Positions 59,559-64,000 of a DNA stretch of 64,000 nt are shown in pieces. Every line of letters starts with the position of its first letter. Position 1 is the first letter of the stretch. The stretch covers positions 186,001 to 250,000 of the IMG/VR virus record IMGVR_UViG_3300023184_000024; one strand, written 5' to 3'. The position numbers and the translations under genes were made by a program. The notes under the pieces are model-generated. The model saw only the letters and a program-made list of their open reading frames with translations. It was not told the origin of the DNA and ran no database searches.

Positions 59559-60925
59559 TCGCCCCCCGGATACAATCCTTCGTAACTTTTTACCCATTCT
59601 GTTCCTGTCCAACGATATTGTAAATTGGTTGTAATATTAGTTACAAACTGAATGTTATTATAATGCGTACCTGCTTCAAATGCAACCTGCCATCCAGTGT
59701 TGGTATACTCAATAATGTCATTGGCATTGCAATACAAATTCCCCCAGGCTTCAGTTGACGAGTTTCCGTGTTCGGATCCTGTGCCTTCCAGCACCAAGTA
59801 TCGTTGACCAACCACTGCCACTGCCAACCCACTTCCTGGACCGTTTAGCAACGGATTAATAACAGCATCCACTGGGTCGAGTGTATTTTGTGGAATAGTG
59901 TCGGCGTCAACATCAAACAACATAAAACGATCGTCAGTGGGGTCGTAGCTTATTGTTCCAATTACTTCGGTGCTGTCTCCCCAGGGACTTTCTAATCTAA
60001 TTTGACTAATTCCAGGACGTAAAGTTCCGTATATCCCAACCACTGACTGCCAGAATTCGTTGCTGGCTGGGCTGGTTGGTTCTACTGTGTTGTTGTTTGG
60101 TGTATTAACCGCTGTAGATTGTGATAGCACTTGAATTTTATTGCCTATTAACAACACTTGATAATTGTAGGGTGTAACCTTTTGTCGTGTGCCCAACAAT
60201 AAATCATTGTTGGTAATAGCTTCATTTGCATCACCATTGGAATCAAAAATACTGTAGATAATTTGTTGAACCACGCCAAGTTTTTTAACTTTTGCTGGAC
60301 TACTGATCCAAATTGGCACACTAAATCTCATGGTCATGATGTCAATGGGATTTTCTGTGGTCACCGGTATAACCCTACTGCTCCATGTAACTTGTTCTAA
60401 TTCAACCACGCTCAAACTGGTCCAATCAATGAAGTTGTCAGTGCTTTGTATTTCTAAACTGGGATTGAATAATGTAGCAACCTGTTCAAACAACTGCATT
60501 TTTTGGTTGGTGTTTGACGTCCAAAAATCTGCGTTGATTGTCATCTTGTATGGAACCGGCATTAAACGTTCAATGGTAAATGCATTTCCTTGCGTGGTTT
60601 CGTAGCTGTCAGTGTCAGTGTCGTAGGTTCGTTGCCGTACCTGCATCTTACTCACATGGTAAGGTTCTTGCAAGCGTGGTCGATCATAGTCCATGCCGGT
60701 GATATAAAAAGTAATCAATGGAGTACTGGGCATGCTACTAGCAGAGTTTTGTTGTATAATAGTTTGAGCTTGTCTAGTTGCATCACCGTATCTAACAGGC
60801 ACACGTATCAATGTTGCATTGTTGCTTTCATCTCGTCCATATTCAATTTGAAAATTACTGAACATTCGAGTAAATTGTAGCAGAAATCTGCGTATTTGTT
60901 CGTCGTAGAAGAATTGTTGTGCCAT
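59540..60925 (-). CDS. Tail completion/sheath stabiliser, gp15-like, with C-terminal extension
   Basis: FFYDEQIRRFLLQFTRMFSNFQI, VPVRYG, MPVPY, EQVATLFNP; adjacent to neck gene. Confidence 0.7.
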   Translation of the reverse strand: MAQQFFYDEQIRRFLLQFTRMFSNFQIEYGRDESNNATLIRVPVRYGDATRQAQTIIQQNSASSMPSTPLITFYITGMDYDRPRLQEPYHVSKMQVRQRTYDTDTDSYETTQGNAFTIERLMPVPYKMTINADFWTSNTNQKMQLFEQVATLFNPSLEIQSTDNFIDWTSLSVVELEQVTWSSRVIPVTTENPIDIMTMRFSVPIWISSPAKVKKLGVVQQIIYSIFDSNGDANEAITNNDLLLGTRQKVTPYNYQVLLIGNKIQVLSQSTAVNTPNNNTVEPTSPASNEFWQSVVGIYGTLRPGISQIRLESPWGDSTEVIGTISYDPTDDRFMLFDVDADTIPQNTLDPVDAVINPLLNGPGSGLAVAVVGQRYLVLEGTGSEHGNSSTEAWGNLYCNANDIIEYTNTGWQVAFEAGTHYNNIQFVTNITTNLQYRWTGTEWVKSYEGLYPGGEWSLVL

Positions 60926-60927
60926 GA

Positions 60928-62253
60928 TTATCCGCCGTTGTCTGCTTTGGGTTTAAGTATCTCACTGAGACTTTGCCTACTTGGTATTGGGCCACGGTCT
61001 GTGGTTGGTACGCTGGCGGTATTATTTACAAAACTACTGCGTAGAGTTTGATTTTGTGGCCCATTGGTTAGATCGGTACGAACCTTATCTTCAATTTTGA
61101 CCCAAACTTTGCCGTTGAATCTAAATAAACGATTTGGAAAATAATCTAAGCGCAATGCATACTGACCTTCTAATGGGTTTATCGGGAAACTGACCCCGGG
61201 CGTGACAGGCAAGCCATTTGGAGCAATACCATCGCCGGTCAGGTAGCCCATGGTATACCCATCAGACCTTGGAGTTTGAGACGCAGTGTCTGCATTTGGA
61301 TCTAAAGCGTCTACAGTAGATGAAGTGCTGTCAATGGTAGTTGCACTCGGGTCGCCAGGAGTACCGTCGGGGTTGGTTGGAAAAATGTAAAACTTAACAG
61401 TGTCGTAACCTGACAACGGAACTTCGATCTCGCTTTGTAGTAAGATTGCATCATTTATTTCTAAATCTTTATTACGAGTACTGTCTTTGTCAGCAATGGT
61501 TGGCGGAGTGTATTCACTCCAGTAATTGGTATTTGTAATATCAGTATCAACCGGAGTATTCTGAGTAGCTCTGTAGTACACATCACCGTAGTTGACAATG
61601 GTTCCAGTAGGATAAAAATTTCCTGGATCCCAGATATTTTCCGTCACAAAAGGTTTGTTAATTACTTCCTGGTATTCTTGTGCGTTAACCATTGGAGTGG
61701 CTTTGACTCTCCACAGGTGTGGTAACCAAGTCTGACTAAACCCTTCACTGGCAAATGCCGCATCTTGGACAACATAGTATCTTGGCAGTGCTTTGGCAAT
61801 AGTGGGATCCAACGGATTATGGTCTTGAAGATTGGGCACTTCTAAAACATCGCCGCTCATTAATTTACGTTCGAGCGTGTCGATCATATCGTTGTAATGA
61901 AATGTGATGAACAATGTGTCGTTGTTCAAAAACAAACCAAATTGACTTAAATCAAAATCAATGTCTTGTACATTGTACACTCCTCGCATGCGGTAAACAT
62001 CAGGAGCATACGCTCGATCTCGATTTTCTAGTAGAAACAAGTCTTGAATAAACAAAGGACTTTCTACATTATAAACTGGTTGTGTGGCATCAAAGTTACT
62101 GCTTTCCCCGCTGTCGTCACCGCCGATTTTTGGGCCAAGATATTTGTGTATATAAATGTCTAACCCCCCAACAGTGTACATTTCCGCAATAGTACGGTCA
62201 AGGAATCGATAATCATTGGTTTTGTTGGGACGATAAAGTGATAAACGTGGCAT
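60928..62253 (-). CDS. Neck/head-completion protein, gp14-like
   Basis: LSQFGLFL..D.LFITF...GDVLEVP; TAAATA 6 nt upstream (62260-65). Confidence 0.6.
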   Translation of the reverse strand: MPRLSLYRPNKTNDYRFLDRTIAEMYTVGGLDIYIHKYLGPKIGGDDSGESSNFDATQPVYNVESPLFIQDLFLLENRDRAYAPDVYRMRGVYNVQDIDFDLSQFGLFLNNDTLFITFHYNDMIDTLERKLMSGDVLEVPNLQDHNPLDPTIAKALPRYYVVQDAAFASEGFSQTWLPHLWRVKATPMVNAQEYQEVINKPFVTENIWDPGNFYPTGTIVNYGDVYYRATQNTPVDTDITNTNYWSEYTPPTIADKDSTRNKDLEINDAILLQSEIEVPLSGYDTVKFYIFPTNPDGTPGDPSATTIDSTSSTVDALDPNADTASQTPRSDGYTMGYLTGDGIAPNGLPVTPGVSFPINPLEGQYALRLDYFPNRLFRFNGKVWVKIEDKVRTDLTNGPQNQTLRSSFVNNTASVPTTDRGPIPSRQSLSEILKPKADNGG

Positions 62254-62273
62254 AGCATATATTTATGGACGGA

Positions 62274-62302
62274 TTGACACATAATTCAAAAGCTTGTATA
62301 AT
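62274..62302 (+). promoter_or_regulatory. Perfect sigma70 early promoter
   Basis: TTGACA-17 nt-TATAAT; AAGGAG SD downstream. Confidence 0.9.
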
Positions 62303-62330
62303 TAGGGCTTAACTACACAAAGGAGCCACC

Positions 62331-62588
62331 ATGCTTACAGATGTACAAAGCGCACAAATTAATAGTACTGAAGTATACACTTTAGATTATGAGGCAGAAG
62401 CCCTGCAAAGTTACGAGGACACCGGTGAGGACTTAATGGACGAGCTGGAAGTTCGTGCCACTAATGTTATTTTGGAACAGACAGCATGGGACGCCCGCGA
62501 GGATTTGGGCGGCATTACAGTGTATTTTCGAGATAATACTTTAGTAGCATTCTACGACTACGAGCAGTTTCGTGGCACTGTGTTCTAA
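62331..62588 (+). CDS. Small acidic early protein
   Basis: 85 aa, strong promoter and SD. Confidence 0.7.
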   Translation: MLTDVQSAQINSTEVYTLDYEAEALQSYEDTGEDLMDELEVRATNVILEQTAWDAREDLGGITVYFRDNTLVAFYDYEQFRGTVF

Positions 62589-62606
62589 AAACAACACCAG
62601 CAAAGA

Positions 62607-62635
62607 TTGACACCAAAATCAATCTTTGCTATAAT
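62607..62635 (+). promoter_or_regulatory. Perfect sigma70 early promoter inside a 12-bp inverted repeat
   Basis: TTGACA-17 nt-TATAAT with TG extension; arms at 62599-610 and 62619-630. Confidence 0.88.
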
Positions 62636-62662
62636 ACTTGCTTGTACACTATAGGAGTAGCC

Positions 62663-62950
62663 ATGAAAGCCGCTAATTTTGTTGCAAAGTACACGGGCCC
62701 AAAGGGCAAGGGTTTTATACAGCCCTATGACAAAATAAAAGCCACAGAAAAGTGGGTGGAGTACGCACTGGACATTGTGGACATGAGCCGTATTATAATG
62801 ACAGTGGACTTCAACACAAAATGGCGCCTAGCAGAAGCCCTGGAAGTAGCAGAACGCAAACGTGCATACATGTACAAGCACAAAAATTTTGACGTTAAAC
62901 GTGCCGCCAAACTTTTTGACGCTGTAAAACACTTGCCCAAGACTAAGTAA
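62663..62950 (+). CDS. Small basic early protein
   Basis: Start placed at ATG 62663 after AGGAG. Confidence 0.7.
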   Translation: MKAANFVAKYTGPKGKGFIQPYDKIKATEKWVEYALDIVDMSRIIMTVDFNTKWRLAEALEVAERKRAYMYKHKNFDVKRAAKLFDAVKHLPKTK

Positions 62951-62959
62951 GGAATAATT

Positions 62960-64000
62960 ATGATCGCAATCAAAACTATTAAACTTCTAAACCCACGTAG
63001 TGCAGATACCAATGCCCTGGGCATGGAACCCACTTGGAAAACCCAACCCACAGAAGGTCGCATCAGTGCCTTTAGTCATGCCTTTTCTTGGTACAACTAT
63101 TTTTACGGCAAAAAAGATGCTCGTGAGATGATTGTAAATTATCTAGAAACACATGGTCGTAAGGCAGACGTCCGTACACTCAAACGTATCCCAGATAGCT
63201 CAATCCGTTTGACCACAGGTTGGTTATGCCGCATGAGCATGGTAGGATTGGAGCTCACAGACCACGAGCAGATCAAATTGGACAATTTGCTAACAGAGAT
63301 TTTAGAATCCAAACAAGATGAAGTGGCAGAAGAAGTAGTAGTTGATGATACAGTGCCTCGCGTTACCATCCAAGACAGACTGCGAGAAAAAGTATCAGAG
63401 TGCGCAGGTGAACTAGATGGATTGTTTGACGACTTTATCACAGCCGGCGCCAAGCTCAACGCAGACTACAAACCTGTGGTGCTCATGCGTAGCCTAAACA
63501 TTGCCCCACAAATGGTCAATGACATCAAACAAATTTGGACACGCAAACTATCAGAGTTTGATGCCGCAGTTGAGGGCAAGGATGCTGATTTGGTACAGGG
63601 CTACAGCTACTTGACCAAAGTGCAGTTAAAGAATTGCGTGAAGTTCTGTGAGCTTGTGATTTCAGACTGTGGTGCTTACGTACAGATTAAAAAGGTTGAA
63701 CGCAAGCCACGTAAAGTTAAAGCAGTGCCGCCTGAGAAACGTGCCGCAAAGTTCAAACATGTCATGGAATTTGCTGAGCTCAAGCTCAAAGGATTGTCGG
63801 CCGCAAGTCTAGTGGACAAAGCAGAAGCTTGGCTATATGACACTAAAAAGCGCAAGTTGATACACCTTGTTGCTGACAGCCATACACAGGCATTTACTGT
63901 AAAGTCTAACTCAATTATTGGGTATAGCACAGTAGAAAGCCAGCAAAAAACCTTGCGCAAACCAGCTGATGTGCTTAAAGCACTAGGTGCCGCAGGCAAG
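62960..64000 (+). CDS. Hypothetical early protein, runs off the right edge
   Basis: Not in the ORF track; ATG 62960 after AAGGA, open to the window end (MIAIKTIKLLNPRSADT...). Confidence 0.7.
   Translation, partial: MIAIKTIKLLNPRSADTNALGMEPTWKTQPTEGRISAFSHAFSWYNYFYGKKDAREMIVNYLETHGRKADVRTLKRIPDSSIRLTTGWLCRMSMVGLELTDHEQIKLDNLLTEILESKQDEVAEEVVVDDTVPRVTIQDRLREKVSECAGELDGLFDDFITAGAKLNADYKPVVLMRSLNIAPQMVNDIKQIWTRKLSEFDAAVEGKDADLVQGYSYLTKVQLKNCVKFCELVISDCGAYVQIKKVERKPRKVKAVPPEKRAAKFKHVMEFAELKLKGLSAASLVDKAEAWLYDTKKRKLIHLVADSHTQAFTVKSNSIIGYSTVESQQKTLRKPADVLKALGAAGK

Noticed and set aside
1-64000. tRNA genes, integrase/transposase, stop-codon reassignment
   Set aside because: No cloverleaf or recombinase motifs noticed; core genes are full length in code 11 with all three stops in use.

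Overview
A 64 kb segment of a large T4-superfamily-like (myovirus) dsDNA phage genome, standard genetic code. From left to right: a minus-strand baseplate module (gp6-, gp25-, gp5-, gp53-like and large hub/tube-initiator-like proteins); a plus-strand operon where the late sigma factor (gp55) and recombination nuclease genes (gp47/gp46) are interleaved with about 11 tailoring-enzyme or unknown genes (three radical SAM, a PLP aminotransferase, an amidinotransferase, two 2OG-Fe(II) oxygenases, an SDR); a minimal GIY-YIG nuclease followed directly by about 475 nt of densely base-paired non-coding sequence; a minus-strand gp26/gp51-like pair joined by a probable -1 frameshift plus three accessory genes; a tape-measure-like protein, portal, scaffold, protease and major capsid genes; a fibre cluster ending in a ~3150-aa repeat protein; Nudix, tail-completion and neck genes; and the start of an early region with perfect sigma70 promoters. 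The best candidate for an undescribed system is the GIY-YIG nuclease plus its downstream structured RNA (29011-29922). All family assignments come from motifs recognised by eye; no database searches were run.
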